A stretch of 64,000 nucleotides of DNA from an uncultured Candidatus Peribacteria bacterium (GTDB taxonomy: Bacteria > Patescibacteriota > Gracilibacteria > UBA1369), in assembly GCA_965231025.1 (NCBI GenBank), contig OZ246407.1, positions 746,935 to 810,934 on the forward strand, given 5' to 3'. The position numbers were made by a program, and so were the translations under genes. The notes beneath the pieces were generated by a model. The model was not told the DNA's origin and searched no databases. It saw nothing but the letters and a program-made list of their open reading frames with translations. Numbering within the stretch: position 1 is the stretch's first letter; the number at the start of each line of letters is the position of its first letter. Shown piece after piece: positions 53,936 to 62,912 of this stretch.

Positions 53936-54488
53936 GCAACGACTTCGTTTCATCCTTTTGCTTCTCCTTTACCTTTTCACGGGTAAAGGCATCCAGAAGA
54001 AAATTGACGACCTCCTTCCACAGGGGATCGTACTTTGACGGAACTATTCCAAGCTGAGAGCGGATATCACTCCCCTGCCCCTTCTGAAGAGCGGCGAGAT
54101 AATCGGCAGTATGCGCGTCAATATGCTCGAAGAACAGCCCACGGGCTATCACCATATCATCGACAAGTTTTTCAAAAACCGCGTCGTACCTCGAATCCGC
54201 AATTCCGAATACCTCCCTTAACGCCAGCGGCCCGTTTTTAAGGACATAATCCCTGAAGAAAGGGAAAAACATATCCACGCAGCGCTTCAACACATCCAGG
54301 TTAAAAACCAGATGGTCAAAGACAACAGACCAAACATAGTCGTTTGGAACTTGAAGCATCGTCCTCAACGCCTGGGGACCCTGTTGAATGAACAACGTCA
54401 TCAGGCGCTCCTCGTGGCCGAGCAACGCATCCTCCACCACAGCCTTAATGGCGTGCTCCTCGGATTTGAACTGGTCGAATCGGATCAT
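53904..54488 (-). CDS. Hypothetical helical protein (194 aa)
   Basis: I prefer the ATG at 54488 (MIRFDQF) to the TTG at 54503. A consensus promoter lies just upstream. The 3' end overlaps the previous gene convergently by 32 nt. Confidence 0.45.
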   Translation of the reverse strand: MIRFDQFKSEEHAIKAVVEDALLGHEERLMTLFIQQGPQALRTMLQVPNDYVWSVVFDHLVFNLDVLKRCVDMFFPFFRDYVLKNGPLALREVFGIADSRYDAVFEKLVDDMVIARGLFFEHIDAHTADYLAALQKGQGSDIRSQLGIVPSKYDPLWKEVVNFLLDAFTREKVKEKQKDETKSLLSLLQSLLSK

Positions 54489-54512
54489 GGATGTATAAAA
54501 CAAAGGAGGTTA

Positions 54513-54540
54513 ATTTTACACATTTTTAATGTTTTGTCAA
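54513..54540 (-). promoter_or_regulatory. sigma70-like promoter of the 194-aa gene
   Basis: On the minus strand, TTGACA (54540-54535), a 16-nt spacer, then TAAAAT (54518-54513). Confidence 0.45.
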
Positions 54541-54575
54541 TACCTGGCCGGATTCTAAAATTTCCCGATCCTGCA

Positions 54576-54603
54576 TTGACATTTCGCCCCCTCAACCTAT
54601 AGT
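54576..54603 (+). promoter_or_regulatory. sigma70-like promoter of priA
   Basis: TTGACA (54576-54581), a 16-nt spacer, then TATAGT (54598-54603). The track GTG start at 54602 lies inside this -10. Confidence 0.5.
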
Positions 54604-54646
54604 GAGACTGCTTATCAAACGCCCTGAGCGTACACAAAAAACACCC

Positions 54647-56671
54647 ATGTTTGCGGAAATCCTCCTTGACCAGAAAGTTGGCAAAGACAAGGACACTTTG
54701 ACCTACAAAATACCCCAAAAACTCGCAGAAAGCGTGGAACTTGGCAGTATCGTGGAAATAACCCTCCGAAACCGGAAAACCAGAGGGGTTATCGCAAGAT
54801 TTCACGACCACGAGCCCACCTACAAAACCAAGGAGATTCTTGATCTGGCGGCAAAAGCTCCGCATCTCCGGGCATGGCAGATTCAACTGCTCTTTTGGAT
54901 GAGCGAGTACTATTTTTGCCCCCCCTATAAAATCCTGAAGCTCTTTTTTCCGGCCAGCATCACCAAGAAGAAAAAACTCCACGTATGGGTCCCCTACGAA
55001 GAAACCCACGCCGAAACCGCAAAAAAACTTACCCTCACACCCGACCAGGAAAAAGCCGTGGAAAGGCTGCTTTCGACCACCAAACAAACCTCGCTCATCC
55101 ACGGAATCACGGGGTCCGGAAAAACGGAAATCTACCGCCGCCTTGCCGAAGACACACTGAAAAAAGGCCGGCAAATCCTGATCATGGTGCCGGAAATCAC
55201 GCTGACCCCCCAGACTTTTCAAAATTTCCAGGAAGAGTTCGGAGACAATATCGCCATCCTGCACAGCCAACTGACGGCCAAACAGAAAGAAAACTACTGG
55301 TACAGAATTTTCCACGGCGAAACCAAGATCATCATCGGTTCAAGATCCGCCTTGTTTGCGCCCTACAAGAATCTCGGCGCCATCATTCTGGATGAGGAAC
55401 ACGAACCTTCCTATAAACAGGACCAGGCCCCCCGGTACCACGCCAGGCACGTCGCGACAAAAATGGCCTCATTGCTGGGTATTAAAGTTGTTCTGGGCAG
55501 CGCGACCCCATCCATCGAAAGCTACTACGAGGCCAAACAGGGCAACTATGAACTGATCGAGCTCAAACAACGCATCCAGCACTCGGAACCGACCGCCCTC
55601 CCAAAAGTCACCGTGGTGGATCTGAGGGAAGAGATCAAGAAAAAAAACTACTCCATCTTCAGTGAATTATTGGCTGAAAAGCTGAACAAAAAAAATGAAC
55701 AGAAAGAGCAGTCCATCCTCTTCCTGAACCGGCGCGGGGCGGCTTCCGCCATACTTTGCCGGGAGTGCGGACATATTGAAAAATGCGAGCAGTGCGACGT
55801 GGCACTTACCTACCACAAACAGCTGTCGATCGAAGAACTGAACCTTCCCGCCGAACGCCTGATCTGCCACCACTGCGGAATCATCAAAAAAGTCCCGGTC
55901 GTGTGCCCAAACTGCCAAAGCACCTTCATCCGGTACATAGGGCTCGGAACACAAAAAATCCAGGAAACCGTCCTCAAAGACTATCCGACCGCCCGCGTCC
56001 TGCGGGCCGACCGCGACACCGTCCAGCACCACGACAGTTTCGCTAAAATCTACAACGCCTTTAAAAACCATGAAGCCGACATTCTGATAGGAACCCAAAT
56101 GATCGGCAAAGGACTCCACCTGCCCCAGGTAAACCTCGTGGGTATAGTTCTGGCGGATCTCAGCCTCACTATTCCCGACTTCAGGAGCGCCGAACGGACA
56201 TTCCAGATTTTAACGCAGGTTGCCGGAAGAGCCGGACGCCAGGGCCTGAAGGGAGAAGTGGTGATTCAAACATACCTTCCCGACCACTATGCCATCCAGG
56301 CGGCGAAAAACCATGACTTTGAACGCTTTTACCAGGAAGAGATGAAACTCAGAAAAGGGTTCGGATACCCCCCGTTCAGCAATCTGCTCAAGATCACGGT
56401 GGTGCACGCCAAAGCGGAAAAAGCCCAGCAAAAAGCGCTGCAGATCTTCGAAAAGCTGAATGACGAAAACACATCCGGTGAACTGCAGAACATCCCAAAC
56501 ACCATTGCGATCTACCCTGCTTTTATACACAAACTGCAAAACAAATACCGCTGGAACATCCTTGTCACCGGCCAAAATCCCTCTTTGCTCCTCAAACGGG
56601 TGAACGAAAAAAACACCGTTCTGGACGACCCGTCGGTGCGCATCGATGTCGATCCGCTTTCATCAAGCTAA
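54647..56671 (+). CDS. priA: Primosomal protein N' (replication restart helicase PriA)
   Basis: The sequence carries MFAEILLDQKV, Walker A HGITGSGKTE, DEEH and a Cys-rich Zn module (CRECGHIEKCEQCD ... CHHCG ... CPNC). Start placed at the ATG at 54647. Confidence 0.9.
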   Translation: MFAEILLDQKVGKDKDTLTYKIPQKLAESVELGSIVEITLRNRKTRGVIARFHDHEPTYKTKEILDLAAKAPHLRAWQIQLLFWMSEYYFCPPYKILKLFFPASITKKKKLHVWVPYEETHAETAKKLTLTPDQEKAVERLLSTTKQTSLIHGITGSGKTEIYRRLAEDTLKKGRQILIMVPEITLTPQTFQNFQEEFGDNIAILHSQLTAKQKENYWYRIFHGETKIIIGSRSALFAPYKNLGAIILDEEHEPSYKQDQAPRYHARHVATKMASLLGIKVVLGSATPSIESYYEAKQGNYELIELKQRIQHSEPTALPKVTVVDLREEIKKKNYSIFSELLAEKLNKKNEQKEQSILFLNRRGAASAILCRECGHIEKCEQCDVALTYHKQLSIEELNLPAERLICHHCGIIKKVPVVCPNCQSTFIRYIGLGTQKIQETVLKDYPTARVLRADRDTVQHHDSFAKIYNAFKNHEADILIGTQMIGKGLHLPQVNLVGIVLADLSLTIPDFRSAERTFQILTQVAGRAGRQGLKGEVVIQTYLPDHYAIQAAKNHDFERFYQEEMKLRKGFGYPPFSNLLKITVVHAKAEKAQQKALQIFEKLNDENTSGELQNIPNTIAIYPAFIHKLQNKYRWNILVTGQNPSLLLKRVNEKNTVLDDPSVRIDVDPLSSS

Positions 56672-57276
56672 AACCTGGGAAGCCCCTGAGGAGCGGGAAC
56701 GAAACCATACTTCAAACGACGTTCCCGGCTCATGATCTCAATTTTCCGCCTCAAATCCGCCACGAGTCGGCGCTTTTCCTCAAGCCGTTCACGCCAAGTA
56801 TCCGTAAGAGCCGGATCAAAACGGGTATCGTCCGAAGTCCGGATCGCTTCAGCGCTCATCCCCGCGGCCAACGCGTTAAAATAAAGCATCTCACGATTCT
56901 CAAGGATCGTTTCAAAAACCCCCAAACCGTCCTGCTCCATCTTGAGCCTATCAATGAGCTGCTGCTCACCAAATGGGATAAACTCCTTTACCTCGGGCGC
57001 GGGAGGTGGTGAGCTGACTCTTTCCTTAAGACTCCTTAAAATCCCGAGAATCCAGGACTGGACAGGCTGCTCAGCCTCTTCACGCCGCTCTTCAAACGGA
57101 AAATCCGATACATAGACCTGAACACCGTCTCTCACTTCCCAATCTTCAGCCGATAAATCCTGACCCTCAAAAGATGGACGCATTGAATGCACTCCGGACA
57201 CGGGAGCCTCCTCAGTACCCGTTGGGAAACTCTCTTCCTCACTCTGCCGTTGCTGACAATCCAATCTCATTGACAT
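56668..57276 (-). CDS. Hypothetical acidic protein (202 aa)
   Basis: The ORF has a consensus promoter upstream. No domain recognised. Its stop overlaps the priA stop (CTAA). Confidence 0.45.
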   Translation of the reverse strand: MSMRLDCQQRQSEEESFPTGTEEAPVSGVHSMRPSFEGQDLSAEDWEVRDGVQVYVSDFPFEERREEAEQPVQSWILGILRSLKERVSSPPPAPEVKEFIPFGEQQLIDRLKMEQDGLGVFETILENREMLYFNALAAGMSAEAIRTSDDTRFDPALTDTWRERLEEKRRLVADLRRKIEIMSRERRLKYGFVPAPQGLPRF

Positions 57277-57300
57277 AGTTTTTTCAAAATGACGCCGGCC

Positions 57301-57328
57301 ATTCTAATATATAAAAGAGAAATGTCAA
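57301..57328 (-). promoter_or_regulatory. sigma70-like promoter of the 202-aa gene
   Basis: On the minus strand, TTGACA (57328-57323), a 16-nt spacer, then TAGAAT (57306-57301). Confidence 0.45.
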
Positions 57329-57401
57329 TCCGTCGAAAAAAGAAAGATTTGATATACTGCGCTTAAGCGAAACGGGAACACAATAATTATATTTTCATCA
57401 C

Positions 57402-58385
57402 ATGAAAAAACGCATACTTTCGGGAGTTCAGCCAAGTGGAAATCCCCATTTGGGAAACTACCTGGGGGCCATGAAAAACCACATCGACATGCAGAACGAG
57501 TACGACTCGTTCATCTTCATCGCCGATCTCCACGCCCTCACGACCGTCAGGGACGCCAAAAAACTTCACGAGATGTCCCTTGAACTTGCCATGGACTACC
57601 TTGCATTGGGACTCGACCCTGATAAAACGGTCTTCTTCCGCCAAAGTGACATAGCAGACCACAGCGAACTGGCATGGATCTTCAGCTGCATCACCCCAAT
57701 GGGTCTGCTGGAACGGGCGCATGCCTACAAAGACGCGGTGGCGAAAGGGATGAAGGATCAGACCGCGGGGCTTTTCACCTATCCGGTACTTATGGCGGCG
57801 GATATCCTTATGTACCAACCCAACCTCGTTCCGGTAGGTAAGGACCAAAAACAACACATCGAGATCGCCAGGGACATCGCCGTAAAATTTAACGAAACTT
57901 TTGGGGAAACATTCAAGCTGCCGGAGCCATACATTCCGGAGGAAGTCGCCACCATCATCGGCACGGACGGAGTCCACAAGATGAGCAAAAGTTATGGGAA
58001 CGTCATAGAAATTTTCGCCGACGAAGCCACACTGAAAAAACAGGTCATGGGAATAACAACCGATTCGACGCCCGTTGAAGAACCCAAAAACCCCGATGGA
58101 TCTTCCATCTATAAACTTTTCTGTCATTTCGCGTCCAGAGAGGAACAAAAAGAGCTTGCGGGAAAATACAAAAAAGGTGGAATGGGGTATGGAGACGCAA
58201 AAAAAATCCTCTTGGCAAAGCTCCTGGACTACTTCGGAGACGCACGCAAAAAAAGAATTGAACTCCAAAAAGATTTGAGTTATGTTAGATCAGTATTGAA
58301 AAAAGGAGCGGAACGCGCGCAAACCGAAGCCACCAAAATGATGGCTAAGGTAAGGGAAAAAACCGGCCTCTCCTTGAAAAATTGA
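57402..58385 (+). CDS. trpS: Tryptophan--tRNA ligase
   Basis: The class I HIGH-type motif is GVQPSGNPHLGNYLG and the KMSKS motif is HKMSKS. Confidence 0.95.
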   Translation: MKKRILSGVQPSGNPHLGNYLGAMKNHIDMQNEYDSFIFIADLHALTTVRDAKKLHEMSLELAMDYLALGLDPDKTVFFRQSDIADHSELAWIFSCITPMGLLERAHAYKDAVAKGMKDQTAGLFTYPVLMAADILMYQPNLVPVGKDQKQHIEIARDIAVKFNETFGETFKLPEPYIPEEVATIIGTDGVHKMSKSYGNVIEIFADEATLKKQVMGITTDSTPVEEPKNPDGSSIYKLFCHFASREEQKELAGKYKKGGMGYGDAKKILLAKLLDYFGDARKKRIELQKDLSYVRSVLKKGAERAQTEATKMMAKVREKTGLSLKN

Positions 58386-58412
58386 AAATCTGATTATTTA
58401 ACACTAACGTAG

Positions 58413-58531
58413 TGAATATTCAAAAAATCGCTATTGCTAGGAAGCAAGCGGAATCCGCACGAACCGTATTTGAATACGGCGAGAAGGATTCGGCGCAGCT
58501 GACAACGCAAGAGCCATTTTTTCAATATTCA
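58413..58531. other. 119-nt element closed by a 16-nt A/T-rich inverted repeat with internal hairpins (candidate cis-regulatory RNA or paired operator) upstream of pyrG
   Basis: Arms tgaatattcaaaaaat (58413-58428) and attttttcaatattca (58516-58531) pair at 15 of 16 positions. Internal stems: cgct-at-tgct/agca-agcg (58429-58450), and gaatcc...ccgtat-ttga-atacgg...ggattc (58451-58491). Confidence 0.3.
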
Positions 58532-58542
58532 TCCCAAAAACT

Positions 58543-60168
58543 ATGAAGGAGACCAAATACATCTTCGTAACCGGCGGAGTATGTTCGTCATTAGGTAAAG
58601 GCATTGCCGCTGCCTCGATAGGTGCTCTCCTCAAAGCTTCCGGATTTAAGGTCTTCACGCAGAAGCTGGACCCGTATTTGAACGTGGACCCCGGAACCAT
58701 GAACCCCTTCCAGCACGGAGAAGTGTACGTTTTAAGCGACGGATCGGAAACCGACCTGGACCTCGGCCACTATGAACGGTTTGTCGGTGAAAACCTGACT
58801 GAAGTTTCTTCCGTGTCCACCGGAAAAATCTACTCGCACGTTATTTCCGAAGAGCGAAAAGGAACCTATCTGGGAGGAACCATCCAGATCATTCCCCATA
58901 TCACCAACGCCATCAAAAAAAGGATCAAGGACGCGGGGAAACAAAGCGGTGCCGACATCGTACTGGTTGAAATAGGGGGAACCACCGGTGACATAGAAGG
59001 ACTGCCGTACCTGGAATCAATCCGCCAGCTTCGTCACGAACTCGGACACCGGAACACCCTGTTCATCCACCTCACGCTGCTTCCCTACCTCGCGGCTTCC
59101 AAAGAACTGAAAACCAAACCGACACAGGCATCCGTACGTGAACTGCGCGCAACAGGTATCCAGCCGGATTTCATCCTGGCCAGGGCCGATCTTCCGATTG
59201 CGAAAGAACTGCTCAAAAAAATCGCGCTGTTCTGCGACGTGGATGAGGATTGCGTCATTCCAGCGCCGACCGTAACTTCGATTTACGAAGTGCCGCTCAA
59301 ATTCCAGGAGCATAATCTGGCCCAACTTATCGGGAAAAAACTGAACCTTGGAGTCATCAAGCCCCAGCTCAAAAACTGGATCGAACTCAACAATAAAATC
59401 AAAGCGAAACGGGATAAAATCACCATCGCGCTCGTCGGGAAATACACGGGCCTGGACGATTCGTACCTCAGCGTCATCGAATCCCTGAAAATTGCGTGCT
59501 ATCACCAGAAGAAAAACCTCAACCTTTTCTGGGTGGACTCGGAAAAACTTGAGAAAAAGGACAAAGAGTCCTGGGACAAACTGAAAAGCGCCCAGGGAAT
59601 CATCGTTCCGGGAGGTTTCGGAACGCGCGGAACCGAGGGAATGATTATGACCGCAAAATACTGCCGGGAAAACAAAGTGCCGTATCTGGGGCTCTGTCTG
59701 GGCATGCAAATCCAGACGATTGAGTTTGCAAGACACCTGCTGCAGGACGAAAGATTCACTTCCGAGGAGTTTGACGACCAGAACAAACTCAGCCCGGATT
59801 TTTACGTCATACATTTCATGCCGGGGCAATATAAAGAACGCGACAAGGGGGGCACATTGCGCCTGGGAACGTATCCGTGCAAACTCACCAAGGGAACAAA
59901 AACATACGCCCTGTACGGAAAAGAAACGATCCAGGAACGTCACAGGCACCGCTACGAATACAACAACGATTACCGCAAGAAATTTGAAAAGGCGGGACTG
60001 CTCACCGCCGGGCACTTCACCGAAGGAGATTTGGTGGAAATCGTGGAACTTAAAGGGCATCCTTTCATGGTTGGATGCCAATTCCACCCTGAATTCCTCT
60101 CAAGACCGCACCAGCCCCATCCCCTCTTCAAAGGGCTCATTGAAGCCAGTGCAAAGCGCAAAATGTAG
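58543..60168 (+). CDS. pyrG: CTP synthase
   Basis: The sequence carries KYIFVTGGVCSSLGKGI, and a glutaminase domain with GLCLGMQ and HRHRYE. Confidence 0.97.
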   Translation: MKETKYIFVTGGVCSSLGKGIAAASIGALLKASGFKVFTQKLDPYLNVDPGTMNPFQHGEVYVLSDGSETDLDLGHYERFVGENLTEVSSVSTGKIYSHVISEERKGTYLGGTIQIIPHITNAIKKRIKDAGKQSGADIVLVEIGGTTGDIEGLPYLESIRQLRHELGHRNTLFIHLTLLPYLAASKELKTKPTQASVRELRATGIQPDFILARADLPIAKELLKKIALFCDVDEDCVIPAPTVTSIYEVPLKFQEHNLAQLIGKKLNLGVIKPQLKNWIELNNKIKAKRDKITIALVGKYTGLDDSYLSVIESLKIACYHQKKNLNLFWVDSEKLEKKDKESWDKLKSAQGIIVPGGFGTRGTEGMIMTAKYCRENKVPYLGLCLGMQIQTIEFARHLLQDERFTSEEFDDQNKLSPDFYVIHFMPGQYKERDKGGTLRLGTYPCKLTKGTKTYALYGKETIQERHRHRYEYNNDYRKKFEKAGLLTAGHFTEGDLVEIVELKGHPFMVGCQFHPEFLSRPHQPHPLFKGLIEASAKRKM

Positions 60169-60217
60169 CCAAAAACATAATTTTCTGGTAAAATAGAAAG
60201 GAGTGTAAAACAAACGC

Positions 60218-61612
60218 ATGCCTAAATTTAGCTATAAAGTCGTAAATCAGGAAAACAAGGCACTCACCGGAACCATCAGCGCTCCGGATGAACAAAGCGC
60301 CCGCGTCGAGCTCAACCAGCTCGGCTTTTCCGTCATCGGAATGACCGAAATTCCTGAAAATGAAGCCGGGGCCGTACAGGAAGGGCCGGTATTGCCGACG
60401 TTCGAATTTGCGGCCATCGATAAAACACAAAAAAGAGTGGTGGGAACAATCCAGTCGGAAGACCGGTTCAGCGCTTACAAACGCCTGGTAACCGAATATG
60501 CGTTCGAAGTTGAATATCTTGTGGCCCAAAACCTTCCCGAAGCGCAAAAAGCCGAAGAAAAAACCAAGGGCGTGTTTGAACTCCAGAATCTGATGGACGA
60601 AACCGCGCAGGTGCTGTCGAAAAAAATCCAGGGGGAAAACCTGGACATGAAGGAGTTTGAACAGAAACAGGACGTCCTGAAATCACAGGTTGATTTCGTA
60701 CTCAAGAAAGTCAAAGAGATGCTCGACCTGTACGAAAACGAAATGAAACAGGAGACCAAGGGAGAAATCCGAAAATACGTGGATAAAATCCTCCGCATCA
60801 AAAGCAGCACGAACCTGGATTACATCCGTAAAACATGCGAGGAACTGTTAACCTATCTCCAGAAAGAAGAACTTTTCCTTCACGAGGAAGCAAAGATGAG
60901 GGAACACACCCAGATGGTACTCGAGGCCAAAAGCATGATGATGCAGCTGCACAACACCAAAGGCCCCGCCAACATGAGTATCCACGAGTTGCTGAACAGG
61001 TGGAGAGAGAAGCACATTTTTAAAAACGACCATCCGTCATTTTTTGAAAAAACGGCCGATTTCTTCATGGGATTGATCATAGGATTTATACCCCAGAACG
61101 ATGAGATCAAAGCAATCCAGCACAATATCGACATCGTCGACCAGCAGATAAGGCAGTACTGGCTCCTTTACTTCCAGTCGGCCACCCCCGAGTATAAAAA
61201 AGAGGCAAGAGTAAGCCTTAAAAAGCTGGGGCAGGAAAAAAAGAAACTCAAAAAAGACCTCAAAGAGGCAAAAGGCAGACTTCACGATGAATACAAGCAA
61301 CGCGGCGACGTAACCCAGCTTGAGGCCTTTTCAACAGAGCTGGTGGGCTTTACCGGATGGCTTTTGGGGTTCTACCTACTGTACTATTTCGTCTCAATCT
61401 ACCTCAACACGAAACAGCTGGCGGGCATACCACTGCCATCGACATTTACTATCTACAAAACAAATTTCCTTAAATATTTCCTGACCACCCTTTTCCTCTT
61501 CCACTCTGCCTTAAGCATAAAAATGAACTTCTTCAGGAGAAACGAAGTCGCAACGCTGGTGATCACGCCGGTATTTTTGCTGGGGACGATCCTCATCGCG
61601 CTGAATTTCTGA
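60218..61612 (+). CDS. 464-aa membrane protein with a PilC/GspF-like N-terminal module, a coiled-coil middle and three C-terminal TM helices
   Basis: MPKFSYKVVNQENKALTGTISAPDEQSARVELNQLGFSVIGMTE resembles the first ~45 aa of type II secretion / type IV pilus platform proteins. C-terminal TMs: VGFTGWLLGFYLLYYFVSIYL, FLKYFLTTLFLFHSALSI, LVITPVFLLGTILIALNF. Confidence 0.5.
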   Translation: MPKFSYKVVNQENKALTGTISAPDEQSARVELNQLGFSVIGMTEIPENEAGAVQEGPVLPTFEFAAIDKTQKRVVGTIQSEDRFSAYKRLVTEYAFEVEYLVAQNLPEAQKAEEKTKGVFELQNLMDETAQVLSKKIQGENLDMKEFEQKQDVLKSQVDFVLKKVKEMLDLYENEMKQETKGEIRKYVDKILRIKSSTNLDYIRKTCEELLTYLQKEELFLHEEAKMREHTQMVLEAKSMMMQLHNTKGPANMSIHELLNRWREKHIFKNDHPSFFEKTADFFMGLIIGFIPQNDEIKAIQHNIDIVDQQIRQYWLLYFQSATPEYKKEARVSLKKLGQEKKKLKKDLKEAKGRLHDEYKQRGDVTQLEAFSTELVGFTGWLLGFYLLYYFVSIYLNTKQLAGIPLPSTFTIYKTNFLKYFLTTLFLFHSALSIKMNFFRRNEVATLVITPVFLLGTILIALNF

Positions 61613-61691
61613 TCCGCCACCGCTCAGCGGGGGTCGGCCTTGTGAACAGAGCCCAGTTTGGGTACAATCCTTTCGAATTTGTCAGTTTCGC

Positions 61692-62474
61692 ATGTACCCG
61701 ATTCTTGTTCAACTCGGCCCGCTGACCATCTATTCATTATGGATATGCGCAGCAATCGGTTTCTTCATAGGATTCCTGATCGTCTATAAGCTGCTCCAAA
61801 AAGACCGGATAAGACTTCAATTCCTGGCCGACCACAGCCTGGCGATATTGTTTGGAGCCATCATCATGGCCAGAATAGTATTCGTGGCCGAAAATTATAA
61901 ACTCTATTTCGCAAAAATCGACCTCCAGCACATCCTCGAAATCTTCTTCATCTGGGACAAGGGACTTTCGTTTTGGGGAGGCATGGGTGGACTGGCGCTG
62001 ACCCTCTGGTACTTCTGCAAAGAGAAAAAAGAGAATATCTGGAAATGGCTTGATGTTCTCACTCTCGGTACCATGGGAGGGCTGGTTTTCGGAAATCTTG
62101 GAACATTTTTTGACGGGAGCAACTACGGAAACGAAACCGACCTTCCCTGGGGCATCATCATCGAAAATTCCCGGTTTGCAGTTCCCATTCATCCGACCCA
62201 AATCTATGCGCTGATCTACACCGCCGGAATCACATTTTTACTCTGGAACCTGTGGAACACCGCGTTCGGCAAAAAAGAAGGGAACATCGCCCTCACGGGA
62301 ATAAGCATCTTTGCCGGTTTCCGGTTCCTGGAGGAATTCCTGCGGGGAGATGAAAGCAACTACTTGTTGGGGCTGCGCGAAACACAAATAATCTGTATGA
62401 TCATTTTGATCGTCAGCGGGGGGCTCCTCTATCTCAGACACAAAAAAACGCTGCCAACAACCAAAACTACATAA
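61692..62474 (+). CDS. lgt: Prolipoprotein diacylglyceryl transferase
   Basis: The protein is polytopic, with GNLGTFFDGSNYGNETDLPWG and the HPTQIYA motif. Confidence 0.8.
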   Translation: MYPILVQLGPLTIYSLWICAAIGFFIGFLIVYKLLQKDRIRLQFLADHSLAILFGAIIMARIVFVAENYKLYFAKIDLQHILEIFFIWDKGLSFWGGMGGLALTLWYFCKEKKENIWKWLDVLTLGTMGGLVFGNLGTFFDGSNYGNETDLPWGIIIENSRFAVPIHPTQIYALIYTAGITFLLWNLWNTAFGKKEGNIALTGISIFAGFRFLEEFLRGDESNYLLGLRETQIICMIILIVSGGLLYLRHKKTLPTTKTT

Positions 62475-62495
62475 TTATTCATTAAATCATCCCTC

Positions 62496-62912
62496 ATGTC
62501 ATTTTTCCTGGACGCACTCCAATATCTTTTCGACCCACTCCCTGTCGGACCTTTCAAATACCTGTACGTCCTCATAGCGGTTGCCGCGATTTCACTCGTC
62601 GCGTCCGTCGCGCTGAGAATCTACCTCAAACAGCAAAAAGACGATAAAATCCTGCGAAAGCTCTTCAGAAAGCTGCCCGGGAAACTCCAGATCTTCGCCC
62701 TCACCGAAGCCGTGTACATCCTCGTGAGGTACGAACGGATGCCTTACCTTTCCATCCGCTTTCTAAACTATATCATCCTGGCCTATGGAATATTCGTGGC
62801 CGTGAACGCCGCGCAACTCTATTTCAAAGTCTATCCGGCGGAAAAGAAACACCATGAACAACAACTCAAGCTGAACAAATACCTCCCGCGGAAAGGAGGA
62901 AAAAAACACTAA
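62496..62912 (+). CDS. Hypothetical 3-TM membrane protein (138 aa)
   Basis: Hydrophobic segments YLYVLIAVAAISLVASVAL, IFALTEAVYILV and YIILAYGIFVAVNAAQLYF, with a basic C-terminus. Confidence 0.5.
   Translation: MSFFLDALQYLFDPLPVGPFKYLYVLIAVAAISLVASVALRIYLKQQKDDKILRKLFRKLPGKLQIFALTEAVYILVRYERMPYLSIRFLNYIILAYGIFVAVNAAQLYFKVYPAEKKHHEQQLKLNKYLPRKGGKKH

Noticed and set aside
58413-58531. Possibility that the structured element is a small SRP (4.5S) RNA, because of a GGAAGCA heptamer.
   Set aside because: The element is branched rather than a single long hairpin. The GGAAGCA is not preceded by a GNRA-capped helix or by the conserved asymmetric loop of SRP domain IV.
58437-58700. 87-aa minus-strand ORF covering the trpS-pyrG spacer and the pyrG start.
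   Set aside because: It overlaps the highly conserved pyrG N-terminus in antisense and has no start context. The spacer is better described as a structured non-coding element.
61613-61691. ccaccgc-tca-gcggggg stem after the PilC-N-like gene, considered as a terminator.
   Set aside because: The stem is imperfect and has no T-run, so it is too weak to call.
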